Assembly: GCA_043228905.1 (NCBI GenBank)
Contig: JBHGNT010000007.1
Location: 1-64,000 of the forward strand
DNA from: Azolla caroliniana
Taxonomy: Eukaryota > Plantae > Polypodiophyta
Reading direction: 5' to 3'
DNA length: 64,000 nt
Below, in pieces: positions 22,801 through 37,800 of the stretch (position 1 is the stretch's first letter; each line of letters opens with the position of its first letter). The notes under the pieces are model-generated. The model had not been told where the DNA came from, did not search any database, and was given only the letters and a program-made list of their open reading frames with translations. Both the position numbers and the translations under genes were made by a program.

Positions 22801-25800
22801 TTTGAACACAAAAATCCGATATCACACGAGCCAGGTATGAACATTTTAATTTATTGGCACACTCTTCTCCACTACCTCCTCAAATAAGCTAATTTCGTCA
22901 TGTCTCTCGACCTGAGTTCCAAAACCTTGATTTTTTAATTCTATATCATAGCTAGCGTTGTTAGCTTCGTTTCGCATGTTTGAACACAGAAATCCGATAT
23001 CACACGAGCCAGGTATAAACATTTTAATTTACTCACTGGCACTTCTCAACTCCATCCTCAAATAAGCTAATTTCCTCATGTCTCTCGACCTTGCTTTCAA
23101 AATCTCGAAATTTTACTTCTATATCATTGCTAGCGTTGTTAGCTTCGATTCGCATGTTTGAACACAAAAATCCGATATCACACGAGCGAGGTATGAATAT
23201 TTTAATTTACTGACACACTCTTCTCCACTACCTCCTCAAATTTGCTAATTTCCTCATGTCTCTCGACTTGAGTTTCAAAATCTTGATTATTTATTTCCAT
23301 ATCATAGCTAGCGTTGTTAGCTTCGTTTCGCATGTTTGAACAGAGAAATCCGAAATCACACGAGCCAGGTATGAACATTTTAATTTACTCACTGGCTCTT
23401 CTCAACTCCATTATCAAATAAGCTAATTTCCTCATGTCTCTCGACCTGGGTTTCAAAATCTTGATTTTTTAATTCTATATCATACCTAGCATTGTTAGCT
23501 TCGATTCGCATGTTTGAACGCAAAAATCCGATATCACAAGAGCCAGGTATGAACATTTTAATTTACTGACACACTCTTCTCCACTACCTCCTCAAATTTG
23601 CTAATTTCCTCATGTCTCTCGACCTGAGTTTCAAAATCTTGATTTTTTAATTTTATATCATAGCTAGCGTTGTTAGCTTCGATTCGCATGTTTGAACACA
23701 AAAATCCGATATCACACGAGCGAGGTATGAACATTTTAATTAATTGACACACTCTTCTCCACTACCTCCTCAAATAAGCTAATTTCCTCATGTCTCTCGA
23801 CCTGAGTTTCAAAACCTTGAATTTTTAATTCTATATCATAGCTAGCGTTGTTAGCTTCGTTTCGCATGTTTGAACACAGAAATCCGATATCACACGAGCC
23901 AGGTATAAACATTTTAATTTACTCACTGGCACTTCTCAACTCCATCCTCAAATAAGCTAATTTCCTCATGTCTCTCGACCTTGCTTTCAAAATCGTGAAT
24001 TTTTACTTCTATATCATTTCTAGCGTTGTTTGCTTCGATTCGCATGTTTGAACACAAAAATCCGATATCACACGAGCAAGGTATGAACATTTTAATTTAC
24101 TGACACACTCTTCTCCACTACCTCCTCAAATTTGCTAATTTCCTCATGTCTCTCGACTTGAGTTTCAAAATCTTGATTTTTTATTTCCATATCATAGCTA
24201 GCGTTGTTAGCTTCGTTTCGCATGTTTGAACAGAGAAATCCGAAATCACACGAGCCAGGTATGAACATTTTAATTTACTCACTGGCTCTTCTCAACTCCA
24301 TCTTCAAATAAGCTAATTTCCTCATGTCTCTCGACCTGGGTTTCAAAATCTTGATTTTTTAATTCTATATCATAGCTAGCATTGTTAGCTTCGCTTCGCA
24401 TGTTTGAACGCAAAAATCCGATATCACACGAGCCAGATATAAACATTTTAATTTACTGACACACTCTTCTCCACTACCTCCTAAAATTTGCTAATTTCCT
24501 CATGTCTCTCGACCTGAGTTTCAAAATATTGATTTTTTAATTTTATATCATACCTAGCGTTCTTAGCTTCGATTCGCATGTTTGAACACAAAAATCCGAT
24601 ATCACACGAGCGAGGTATGAACATTTTAATTTATTGGCACACTCTTCTCCACTACCTCCTCAAATAAGCTAATTTCGTCATGTCTCTCGACCTGAGTTCC
24701 AAAACCTTGATTTTTTAATTCTATATCATAGCTAGCGTTGTTAGCTTCGTTTCGCATGTTTGAACACAGAAATCCGATATCACACGAGCCAGGTATAAAC
24801 ATTTTAATTTACTCACTGGCACTTCTCAACTCCATCCTCAAATAAGCTAATTTCCTCATGTCTCTCGACCTTGCTTTCAAAATCTCGAAATTTTACTTCT
24901 ATATCATTGCTAGCGTTGTTAGCTTCGATTCGCATGTTTGAACACAAAAATCCGATATCACACGAGCGAGGTATGAACATTTTAATTTATTGGCACACTC
25001 TTCTCCACTACCTCCTCAAATAAGCTAATTTCGTCATGTCTCTCGACCTGAGTTCCAAAACCTTGATTTTTTAATTCTATATCATAGCTAGCGTTGTTAG
25101 CTTCGTTTCGCATGTTTGAACACAGAAATCCGATATCACACGAGCCAGGTATAAACATTTTAATTTACTCACTGGCACTTCTCAACTCCATCCTCAAATA
25201 AGCTAATTTCCTCATGTCTCTCGACCTTGCTTTCAAAATCTCGAAATTTTACTTCTATATCATTGCTAGCGTTGTTAGCTTCGATTCGCATGTTTGAACA
25301 CAAAAATCCGATATCACACGAGCGAGGTATGAACATTTTAATTTATTGGCACACTCTTCTCCACTACCTCCTCAAATAAGCTAATTTCGTCATGTCTCTC
25401 GACCTGAGTTCCAAAACCTTGATTTTTTAATTCTATATCATAGCTAGCGTTGTTAGCTTCGTTTCGCATGTTTGAACACAGAAATCCGATATCACACGAG
25501 CCAGGTATAAACATTTTAATTTACTCACTGGCACTTCTCAACTCCATCCTCAAATAAGCTAATTTCCTCATGTCTCTCGACCTTGCTTTCAAAATCTCGA
25601 AATTTTACTTCTATATCATTGCTAGCGTTGTTAGCTTCGATTCGCATGTTTGAACACAAAAATCCGATATCACACGAGCGAGGTATGAACATTTTAATTT
25701 ATTGGCACACTCTTCTCCACTACCTCCTCAAATAAGCTAATTTCGTCATGTCTCTCGACCTGAGTTCCAAAACCTTGATTTTTTAATTCTATATCATAGC

Positions 25801-28800
25801 TAGCGTTGTTAGCTTCGTTTCGCATGTTTGAACACAGAAATCCGATATCACACGAGCCAGGTATAAACATTTTAATTTACTCACTGGCACTTCTCAACTC
25901 CATCCTCAAATAAGCTAATTTCCTCATGTCTCTCGACCTTGCTTTCAAAATCTCGAAATTTTACTTCTATATCATTGCTAGCGTTGTTAGCTTCGATTCG
26001 CATGTTTGAACACAAAAATCCGATATCACACGAGCGAGGTATGAACATTTTAATTTACTGACACACTCTTCTCCACTACCTCCTCAAATTTGCTAATTTC
26101 CTCATGTCTCTCGACTTGAGTTTCAAAATCTTGATTATTTATTTCCATATCATAGCTAGCGTTGTTAGCTTCGTTTCGCATGTTTGAACAGAGAAATCCG
26201 AAATCACACGAGCCAGGTATGAACATTTTAATTTACTCACTGGCTCTTCTCAACTCCATTATCAAATAAGCAAATTTCCTCATGTCTCTCGACCTGTGTT
26301 TCAAAATCTTGATTTTTTAATTCTATATCACAAGAGCCAGGTATAAACATTTTAATTTACTCACTGGCACTTCTCAACTCCATCCTCAAATAAGCTAAGT
26401 TCCTCATGTCTCTCGACCTAGGTTTTAAAATCTTTCATTTTTAATTGTATATCATAGCTAGCGTTGTTAGCTTCGATTCGCATGTTTGAACACAAAAATC
26501 CGATATCACACGAGCGAGGTATGAACATTTTAATTTACTGACACACTCTTCTCCACTACCTCCTCAAATTTGCTAATTTCCTCATGTCTCTCGACTTGAG
26601 TTTCAAAATCTTGATTATTTATTTCCATATCATAGCTAGCGTTGTTAGCTTCGTTTCGCATGTTTGAACAGAGAAATCCGAAATCACACGAGCCAGGTAT
26701 GAAAATTTTAATTTACTCACTGGCTCTTCTCAACTCCATTATCAAATAAGCAAATTTCCTCATGTCTCTCGACCTGGGTTTCAAAATCTTGATTTTTTAA
26801 TTCTATATCACAAGAGCCAGGTATAAACATTTTAATTTACTCACTGGCACTTCTCAACTCCATCCTCAAATAAGCTAATTTCCTCATGTCTCTCGACCTA
26901 GGTTTTAAAATCTTTCATTTTTAATTGTATATCATAGCTAGCGTTGTTAGCTTCGATTCGCATGTTTGAACACAAAAATCCGATATCACACGAGCGAGGT
27001 ATGAACATTTTAATTTACTGACACACTCTTCTCCACTACCTCCTCAAAATTTGCTAATTTCCTCATGTCTCTCGACCTGAGTTCCAAAACCTTGATTTTT
27101 TAATTCTATATCATAGCTAGCGTTGTTAGCTTCGTTTCGCATGTTTGAACACAGAAATCCGATATCACACGAGCCAGGTATAAACATTTTAATTTACTCA
27201 CTGGCACTTCTCAACTCCATCCTCAAATAAGCTAATTTCCTCATGTCTCTCGACCTGGGTTTCAAAATCTTGATTTTTTAATTCTATATCATAGCTAGCA
27301 TTGTTTGCTTCGATTCGCATGTTTGAACACAAAAATCCGATATCACACGAGCAAGGTATGAACATTTTAATTTACTGACACACTCTTCTCCACTACCTCC
27401 TCAAATTTGCTAATTTCCTCATGTCTCTCGACTTGAGTTTCAAAATCTTGATTTTTTATTTCCATATCATAGCTAGCGTTGTTAGCTTCGTTTCGCATGT
27501 TTGAACAGAGAAATCCGAAATCACACGAGCCAGGTATGAACATTTTAATTTACTCACTGGCTCTTCTCAACTCCATCTTCAAATAAGCTAATTTCCTCAT
27601 GTCTCTCGACCTGGGTTTCAAAATCTTGATTTTTTAATGCTATATCATAGCTAGCATTGTTAGCTTCGCTTCGCATGTTTGAACGCAAAAATCCGATATC
27701 ACAAGAGCCAGGTATGAACATTTTAATTTACTGACACACTCTTCTCCACTACCTCCTCAAATTTGCTAATTTCCTCATGTCTCTCGACCTGAGTTTCAAA
27801 ATATTGATTTTTTAATTTTATATCATAGCTAGCGTTCTTAGCTTCGATTCGCATGTTTGAACACAAAAATCCGATATCACACGAGCGAGGTATGAACATT
27901 TTAATTTATTGGCACACTCTTCTCCACTACCTCCTCAAATAAGCTAATTTCGTCATGTCTCTCGACCTGAGTTCCAAAACCTTGATTTTTTAATTCTATA
28001 TCATAGCTAGCGTTGTTAGCTTCGTTTCGCATGTTTGAACACAGAAATCCGATATCACACGAGCCAGGTATAAACATTTTAATTTACTCACTGGCACTTC
28101 TCAACTCTATCCTCAAATAAGCTAATTTCCTCATGTCTCTCGACCTTGCTTTCAAAATCTCGAAATTTTACTTCTATATCATTGCTAGCGTTGTTAGCTT
28201 CGATTCGCATGTTTGAACACAAAAATCCGATATCACACGAGCGAGGTATGAACATTTTAATTTACTGACACACTCTTCTCCACTACCTCCTCAAATTTGC
28301 TAATTTCCTCATGTCTCTCGACTTGAGTTTCAAAATCTTGATTATTTATTTCCATATCATAGCTAGCGTTGTTAGCTTCGTTTCGCATGTTTGAACAGAG
28401 AAATCCGAAATCACACGAGCCAGGTATGAACATTTTAATTTACTCACTGGCTCTTCTCAACTCCATTATCAAATAAGCAAATTTCCTCATGTCTCTCGAC
28501 CTGGGTTTCAAAATCTTGATTTTTTAATTCTATATCATACCTAGCATTGTTAGCTTCGATTCGCATGTTTGAACGCACAAATCCGATATCACAAGAGCCA
28601 GGTATGAACATTTTAATTTACTGACACACTCTTCTCCACTACCTCCTAAAATTTGCTAATTTCCTCATGTCTCTCGACCTGAGTTTCAAAATCTTGATTT
28701 TTTAATTTTATATCATAGCTAGCGTTGTTAGCTTCGATTCGCATGTTTGAACACAAAAATCCGATATCACACGAGCGAGGTATGAACATTTTAATTAATT

Positions 28801-31800
28801 GACACACTCTTCTCCACTACCTCCTCAAATAAGCTAATTTCCTCATGTCTCTCGACCTGAGTTTCAAAACCTTGAATTTTTAATTCTATATCATAGCTAG
28901 CGTTGTTAGCTTCGTTTCGCATGTTTGAACACAGAAATCCGATATCACACGAGCCAGGTATAAACATTTTAATTTACTCACTAGCACTTCTCAACTCCAT
29001 CCTCAAATAAGCTAATTTCCTCATGTCTCTCGACCTTGCTTTCAAAATCGTGAATTTTTACTTCTATATCATTTCTAGCGTTGTTTGCTTCGATTCGCAT
29101 GTTTGAACACAAAAATCCGATATCACACGAGCAAGGTATGAACATTTTAATTTACTGACACACTCTTCTCCACTACCTCCTCAAATTTGCTAATTTCCTC
29201 ATGTCTCTCGACTTGAGTTTCAAAATCTTGATTTTTTATTTCCATATCATAGCTAGCGTTGTTAGCTTCGTTTCGCATGTTTGAACAGAGAAATCCGAAA
29301 TCACACGAGCCAGGTATGAACATTTTAATTTACTCACTGGCTCTTCTCAACTCCATCTTCAAATAAGCTAATTTCCTCATGTCTCTCGACCTGGGTTTCA
29401 AAATCTTGATTTTTTAATTCTATATCATAGCTAGCATTGTTAGCTTCGCTTCGCATGTTTGAACGCAAAAATCCGATATCACACGAGCCAGATATAAACA
29501 TTTTAATTTACTGACACACTCTTCTCCACTACCTCCTCAAATTTGCTAATTTCCTCATGTCTCTCGACCTGAGTTTCAAAATATTGATTTTTTAATTTTA
29601 TATCATAGCTAGCGTTCTTAGCTTCGATTCGCATGTTTGAACACAAAAATCCGATATCACACGAGCGAGGTATGAACATTTTCATTTATTGGCACACTCT
29701 TCTCCACTACCTCCTCAAATAAGCTAATTTCGTCATGTCTCTCGACCTAAGTTCCAAAACCTTGATTTTTTAATTCTATATCATAGCTAGCGTTGTTAGC
29801 TTCGTTTCGCATGTTTGAACACAGAAATCCGATATCACACGAGCCAGGTATAAACATTTTAATTTACTCACTGGCACTTCTCAACTCTATCCTCAAATAA
29901 GCTAATTTCCTCATGTCTCTCGACCTTGCTTTCAAAATCTCGAAATTTTACTTCTATATCATTGCTAGCGTTGTTAGCTTCGATTCGCATGTTTGAACAC
30001 AAAAATCCGATATCACACGAGCGAGGTATGAACATTTTTATTTACTGACACACTCTTCTCCACTACCTCCTCAAAATTTGCTAATTTCCTCATGTCTCTC
30101 GACCTGAGTTTCAAAATCTTGATTTTTTAATTTTATATCATAGCTAGCGTTGTTAGCTTCGTTTCGCATGTTTGAACACAGAAATCCGATATCACACGAG
30201 CCAGGTATAAACATTTTAATTTACTCACTGGCACTTCTCAACGCCATCCTCAAATAAGCTAAATTCCTCATGTCTCTCGACCTAGGTTTTAAAATCTTTC
30301 ATTTTTAATTGTATATCATAGCTAGCGTTGTTAGCTTCGTTTCGCATGTTTGAACACAAAAATCCGATATCACACGAGCCAGGTATGAACATTTTAATTT
30401 ATTGGCACACTCTTCTCCACTACCTCCTCAAATAAGCTAATTTCCTCATGTCTCTCGACCTGAGTTTCAAAACCTTGATTTTTTAATTCTATATCATAGC
30501 TAGCGTTGTTTGCTTCGATTCGCATGTTTGAACACAAAAATCCGATATCACACGAGCAAGGTATGAACATTTTAATTTACTGACAAACTCTTCTCCACTA
30601 CCTCCTCAAATTTGCTAATTTCGTCATGTCTCTCGACCTGAGTCTCAAAATCTTGATTTTTTAATTCTATATTATAGCTAGCGTTGTTAGCTTCGATTCG
30701 CATGTTTGAACACAGAAATCCGATATCACACGAGCCAGATATGAACATTTTAATTTACTGACGCACTCTTTTCTACTGCCTCCTCAAAATTTGCTAATTT
30801 TCTCATGTCTCTCGACCTGAGTTTCAAAATCTTGATTTTTTAATTCTATATTATGGCTAGCGTTCTTAGCTTCGATTCGCATGTTTGAACACAAAAATCC
30901 GATATCACAGGAGCCAGGCATGAACATTTTAATTTACTGACATACTCTTCTCCAAAGCCTCCTCAAATAAGCTAATTTCCTCATGTCTCTCGACCTGGCT
31001 TTCTAAATCTTGAATTTTTACTTCTATATCATAGCTAGGATTGTTAGCTTCGATTCGCATGTTTGAACACAAAAATCCGATATCACACGAGCCAGATATG
31101 AACATTTTAATTTACTGACACACTCTTCTCCACTACCTCCTCAAATTTGCTAATTTCCTCATGTCTCTCGACCTGAGTTTCAAAATCTTGATTTTTTAAT
31201 TTTATATCATAGCTAGCGTTCTTAGCTTCGATTCGCATGTTTGAACACAAAAATCCGATATCACACGAGCGAGGTATGAACATTTTAATTTATTGGCACA
31301 CTCTTCTCCACTACCTCCTCAAATAAGCTTATTTCGTCATGTCTCTCGACCTGAGTTCCAAAACCTTGATTTTTTAATTCTATATCATAGCTAGCGTTGT
31401 TAGCTTCGTTTCGCATGTTTGAACACAGAAATCCGATATCACACGAGCCAGGTATAAACATTTTAATTTACTCACTGGCACTTCTCAACTCCATCCTCAA
31501 ATAAGCTAATTTCCTCATGTCTCTCGACCTAGGTTTTAAAATCTTTAATTTTTAATTGTATATCATAGCTAGCGTTGTTAGCTTCGATTCGCATGTTTGA
31601 ACACAAAAATCCGATATCACACGAGCGAGGTATGAACATTTTAATTTATTGACACACTCTTCTCCACTACCTCCTCAAATAAGCTAATTTCCTCATGTCT
31701 CTCGACCTGAGTTTCAAAACCTTGATTTTTTAATTCTATATCATAGCTAGCGTTGTTAGCTTCGTTTCGCATGTTTGAACACAGAAATCCGATATCACAC

Positions 31801-34800
31801 GAGCCAGGTATAAACATTTTAATTTACTCACTGGCACTTCTCAACTCCATCCTCAAATAAGCTAATTTCCTCATGTCTCTCGACCTGGGTTTCAAAATCT
31901 TGATTTTTTAATTCTATATCATAGCTAGCATTGTTAGCTTCGATTCGCATGTTTGAACACAAAAATCCGATATCACACGAGCCAGATATGAACATTTTAA
32001 TTTACTGACACACTCTTCTCCACTACCTCCTCAAATTTGCTAATTTCCTCATGTCTCTCGACCTGAGTTTCAAAATCTTGATTTTTTAATTTTATATCAT
32101 AGCTAGCGTTGTTAGCTTCGATTCGCATGTTTGAACACAAAAATCCGATATCACACGAGCGAGGTATGAACATTTTAATTAATTGACACACTCTTCTCCA
32201 CTACCTCCTCAAATAAGCTAATTTCCTCATGTCTCTCGACCTGAGTTTCAAAACCTTGAATTTTTAATTCTATATCATAGCTAGCGTTGTTAGCTTCGTT
32301 TCGCATGTTTGAACACAGAAATCCGATATCACACGAGCCAGGTATAAACATTTTAATTTACTCACTGGCACTTCTCAACTCCATCCTCAAATAAGCTAAT
32401 TTCCTCATGTCTCTCGACCTTGCTTTCAAAATCGTGAATTTTTACTTCTATATCATTTCTAGCGTTGTTTGCTTCGATTCGCATGTTTGAACACAAAAAT
32501 CCGATATCACACGAGCAAGGTATGAACATTTTAATTTACTGACACACTCTTCTCCACTACCTCCTCAAATTTGCTAATTTCCTCATGTCTCTCGACTTGA
32601 GTTTCAAAATCTTGATTTTTTATTTCCATATCATAGCTAGCGTTGTTAGCTTCGTTTCGCATGTTTGAACAGAGAAATCCGAAATCACACGAGCCAGGTA
32701 TGAACATTTTAATTTACTCACTGGCTCTTCTCAACTCCATCTTCAAATAAGCTAATTTCCTCATGTCTCTCGACCTGGGTTTCAAAATCTTGATTTTTTA
32801 ATTCTATATCATAGCTAGCATTGTTAGCTTCGCTTCGCATGTTTGAACGCAAAAATCCGATACCACACGAGCCATATATAAACATTTTAATTTACTGACA
32901 CACTCTTCTCCACTACCTCCTCAAATTTGCTAATTTCCTCATGTCTCTCGACCTGAGTTTCAAAATATTGATTTTTTAATTTTATATCATAGCTAGCGTT
33001 CTTAGCTTCGATTCGCATGTTTGAACACAAAAATCCGATATCACACGAGCCAGGTATGAACATTTTAATTTATTGGCACACTCTTCTCCACTACCTCCTC
33101 AAATAAGCTAATTTCGTCATGTCTCTCGACCTGAGTTCCAAAACCTTGATTTTTTAATTCTATATCATAGCTAGCGTTGTTAGCTTCGTTTCGCATGTTT
33201 GAACACAGAAATCCGATATCACACGAGCCAGGTATAAACATTTTAATTTACTCACTGGCACTTCTCAACCCCATCCTCAAATAAGCTAATTTCCTCATGT
33301 CTCTCGACCTTGCTTTCAAAATCTCGAAATTTTACTTCTATATCATTGCTAGCGTTGTTAGCTTCGATTCGCATGTTTGAACACAAAAATCCGATATCAC
33401 ACGAGCGAGGTATGAACATTTTAATTTACTGACACACTCTTCTCCACTACCTCCTCAAAATTTGCTAATTTCCTCATGTCTCTCGACCTGAGTTTCAAAA
33501 TCTTGATTTTTTAATTTTATATCATAGCTAGCGTTGTTAGCTTCGTTTCGCATGTTTGAACACAGAAATCCGAAATCACACGAGCCAGGTATAAACATTT
33601 TAATTTACTCACTGGCACTTCTCAACTCCATCCTCAAATAAGCTAATTTCCTCATGTCTCTCGACCTAGGTTTTAAAATCTTTCATTTTTAATTGTATAT
33701 CATAGCTAGCGTTGTTAGCTTCGATTCGCATGTTTGAACACAAAAATCCGATATCACACGAGCGAGGTATGAACATTTTAATTTATTGACACACTCTTCT
33801 CCACTACCTCCTCAAATAAGCTAATTTCCTCATGTCTCTCGACCTGAGTTTCAAAACCTTGATTTTTTAATTCTATATCATAGCTAGCGTTGTTAGCTTC
33901 GTTTCGCATGTTTGAACACAGAAATCCGATATCACACGAGCCAGGTATAAACATTTTAATTTACTCACTGGCACTTCTCAACTCCATCCTCAAATAAGCT
34001 AATTTCCTCATGTCTCTCGACCTTGCTTTCAAAATCTGGAATTTTTACTTCTATCATAGCTAGCGTTGTTAGCTTCGATTCGCATGTTTGAACACAAAAA
34101 TCCGATATCACACGAGCCAGGTATGAACATTTTAATTTACTGACACACTCTTCTCCACTACCTCCCCAAATTTGCTAATTTCCTCATGTCTCTCGACCTG
34201 AGTTTCAAAATCATGATTTTCTAATTCTATATCATAGCTAGCGTTGTTAGCTTCGATTCACATGTTTGAACACAAAAATCCGATATCACACGAGCCAGGT
34301 ATGAACATTTTAATTTATTGACATACTCTTCTCCACTACCTCCTCAAATAAGCTAATTTCGTCATGTCTCTCGACCTAAGTTCCAAAACCTTGATTTTTT
34401 AATTCTATATCATAGCTAGCGTTGTTAGCTTCGTTTCGCATGTTTGAAGACAGAAATCCGATATCACACGAGCCAGGTATAAACATTTTAATTTACTCAT
34501 TGGCACTTCTCAACTCCATCCTAAAATAATCTAATTTCCTCATGTCTCTCGACCTTGCTTTCAAAATCTTGAATTTTTACTTCTATATCATTGCTAGCGT
34601 TGTTAGCCTCGATTCGCATGTTTGAACACAAAAATCCGATATCACACGAGCCAGGTATGAACATTTTAATTTACTGACACACTCTTGTCCACTACCTACT
34701 CAAATTTGCTAATTTCCTCATGTACCTCGACCTGAGTTTCAAAATCTTGATTTTTTAATTCTATATTATGGCTAGCGTTGTTAGCTTCGATTCGCATGTT

Positions 34801-37800
34801 TGAACACAAAAATCCGATATCACAGGAGCCAGGTATGAATATTTTAATTTACTGACATACTCTTCTCCAAAGCCTCCTCAAATTTGCTAATTTCCTCATG
34901 TCTCTCGACCTGGCTTTCAAAATCTTGAATTTTTACTTCTATATCATAGCTAGGATTGTTAGCTTCGATTCGCATGTTTGAACACAAAAATCTGATATCA
35001 CACGAGCCAGATATGAACATTTTAATTTACTGACACACTCTTCTCCACTACCTCCTCAAATTTGCTAATTTCCTCATGTCTCTCGACTTGAGTTTCAAAA
35101 TCTTGATTATTTATTTCCATAGCATAGCTAGCGTTGTTAGCTTCGTTTCGCATGTTTGAACAGAGAAATCCGAAATCACACGAGCCAGGTATGAACATTT
35201 TAATTTACTCACTGGCTCTTCTCAACTCCATTATCAAATAAGCTAATTTCCTCATGTCTCTCGACCTGGGTTTCAAAATCTTGATTTTTTAATTCTATAT
35301 CATACCTAGCATTGTTAGCTTCGATTCGCATGTTTGAACGCAAAAATCCGATATCACAAGAGCCAGGTATGAACATTTTAATTTACTGACACACTCTTCT
35401 CCACTACCTCCTCAAATTTGCTAATTTCCTCATGTCTCTCGCCCTGAGTTTCAAAATCTTGATTTTTTAATTTTATATCATAGCTTGCGTTGTTAGCTTC
35501 GATTCGCATGTTTGAACACAAAAATCCGATATCACACGAGCGAGGTATGAACATTTTAATTTACTGACACACTCTTCTCCACTACCTCCCCAAATTTGCT
35601 AATTTCCTCATGTCTCTCGACCTGAGTTTCAAAATCATGATTTTCTAATTCTATATCATAGCTAGCGTTGTTAGCTTCGATTCGCATGTTTGAACACAAA
35701 AATCCGATATCACACGAGCGAGGTATGAACATTTTAATTAATTGACACACTCTTCTCCACTACCTCCTCAAATAAGCTAATTTCCTCATGTCTCTCGACC
35801 TGAGTTTCAAAACCTTGAATTTTTAATTCTATATCATAGCTAGCGTTGTTAGCTTCGTTTCGCATGTTTGAACACAGAAATCCGATATCACACGAGCCAG
35901 GTATAAACATTTTAATTTACTCACTAGCACTTCTCAACTCCATCCTCAAATAAGCTAATTTCCTCATGTCTCTCGACCTTGCTTTCAAAATCGTGAATTT
36001 TTACTTCTATATCATTTCTAGCGTTGTTTGCTTCGATTCGCATGTTTGAACACAAAAATCCGATATCACACGAGCAAGGTATGAACATTTTAATTTACTG
36101 ACACACTCTTCTCCACTACCTCCTCAAATTTGCTAATTTCCTCATGTCTCTCGACTTGAGTTTCAAAATCTTGATTTTTTATTTCCATATCATAGCTAGC
36201 GTTGTTAGCTTCGTTTCGCATGTTTGAACAGAGAAATCCGAAATCACACGAGCCAGGTATGAACATTTTAATTTACTCACTGGCTCTTCTCAACTCCATC
36301 TTCAAATAAGCTAATTTCCTCATGTCTCTCGACCTGGGTTTCAAAATCTTGATTTTTTAATTCTATATCATAGCTAGCATTGTTAGCTTCGCTTCGCATG
36401 TTTGAACGCAAAAATCCGATATCACACGAGCCAGATATAAACATTTTAATTTACTGACACACTCTTCTCCACTACCTCCTCAAATTTGCTAATTTCCTCA
36501 TGTCTCTCGACCTGAGTTTCAAAATATTGATTTTTTAATTTTATATCATAGCTAGCGTTCTTAGCTTCGATTCGCATGTTTGAACACAAAAATCCGATAT
36601 CACACGAGCGAGGTATGAACATTTTCATTTATTGGCACACTCTTCTCCACTACCTCCTCAAATAAGCTAATTTCGTCATGTCTCTCGACCTAAGTTCCAA
36701 AACCTTGATTTTTTAATTCTATATCATAGCTAGCGTTGTTAGCTTCGTTTCGCATGTTTGAACACAGAAATCCGATATCACACGAGCCAGGTATAAACAT
36801 TTTAATTTACTCACTGGCACTTCTCAACTCCATCCTCAAATAAGCTAATTTCCTCATGTCTCTCGACCTTGCTTTCAAAATCTCGAAATTTTACTTCTAT
36901 ATCATTGCTAGCGTTGTTAGCTTCGATTCGCATGTTTGAACACAAAAATCCGATATCACACGAGCGAGGTATGAACATTTTTATTTACTGACACACTCTT
37001 CTCCACTACCTCCTCAAAATTTGCTAATTTCCTCATGTCTCTCGACCTGAGTTTCAAAATCTTGATTTTTTAATTTTATATCATAGCTAGCGTTGTTAGC
37101 TTCGTTTCGCATGTTTGAACACAGAAATCCGATATCACACGAGCCAGGTATAAACATTTTAATTTACTCACTGGCACTTCTCAACGCCATCCTCAAATAA
37201 GCTAAATTCCTCATGTCTCTCGACCTAGGTTTTAAAATCTTTCATTTTTAATTGTATATCATAGCTAGCGTTGTTAGCTTCGTTTCGCATGTTTGAACAC
37301 AAAAATCCGATATCACACGAGCCAGGTATGAACATTTTAATTTATTGGCACACTCTTCTCCACTACCTCCTCAAATAAGCTAATTTCCTCATGTCTCTCG
37401 ACCTGAGTTTCAAAACCTTGATTTTTTAATTCTATATCATAGCTAGCGTTGTTTGCTTCGATTCGCATGTTTGAACACAAAAATCCGATATCACACGAGC
37501 AAGGTATGAACATTTTAATTTACTGACAAACTCTTCTCCACTACCTCCTCAAATTTGCTAATTTCGTCATGTCTCTCGACCTGAGTCTCAAAATCTTGAT
37601 TTTTTAATTCTATATTATAGCTAGCGTTGTTAGCTTCGATTCGCATGTTTGAACACAGAAATCCGATATCACACGAGCCAGATATGAACATTTTAATTTA
37701 CTGACGCACTCTTTTCTACTGCCTCCTCAAAATTTGCTAATTTTCTCATGTCTCTCGACCTGAGTTTCAAAATCTTGATTTTTTAATTCTATATTATGGC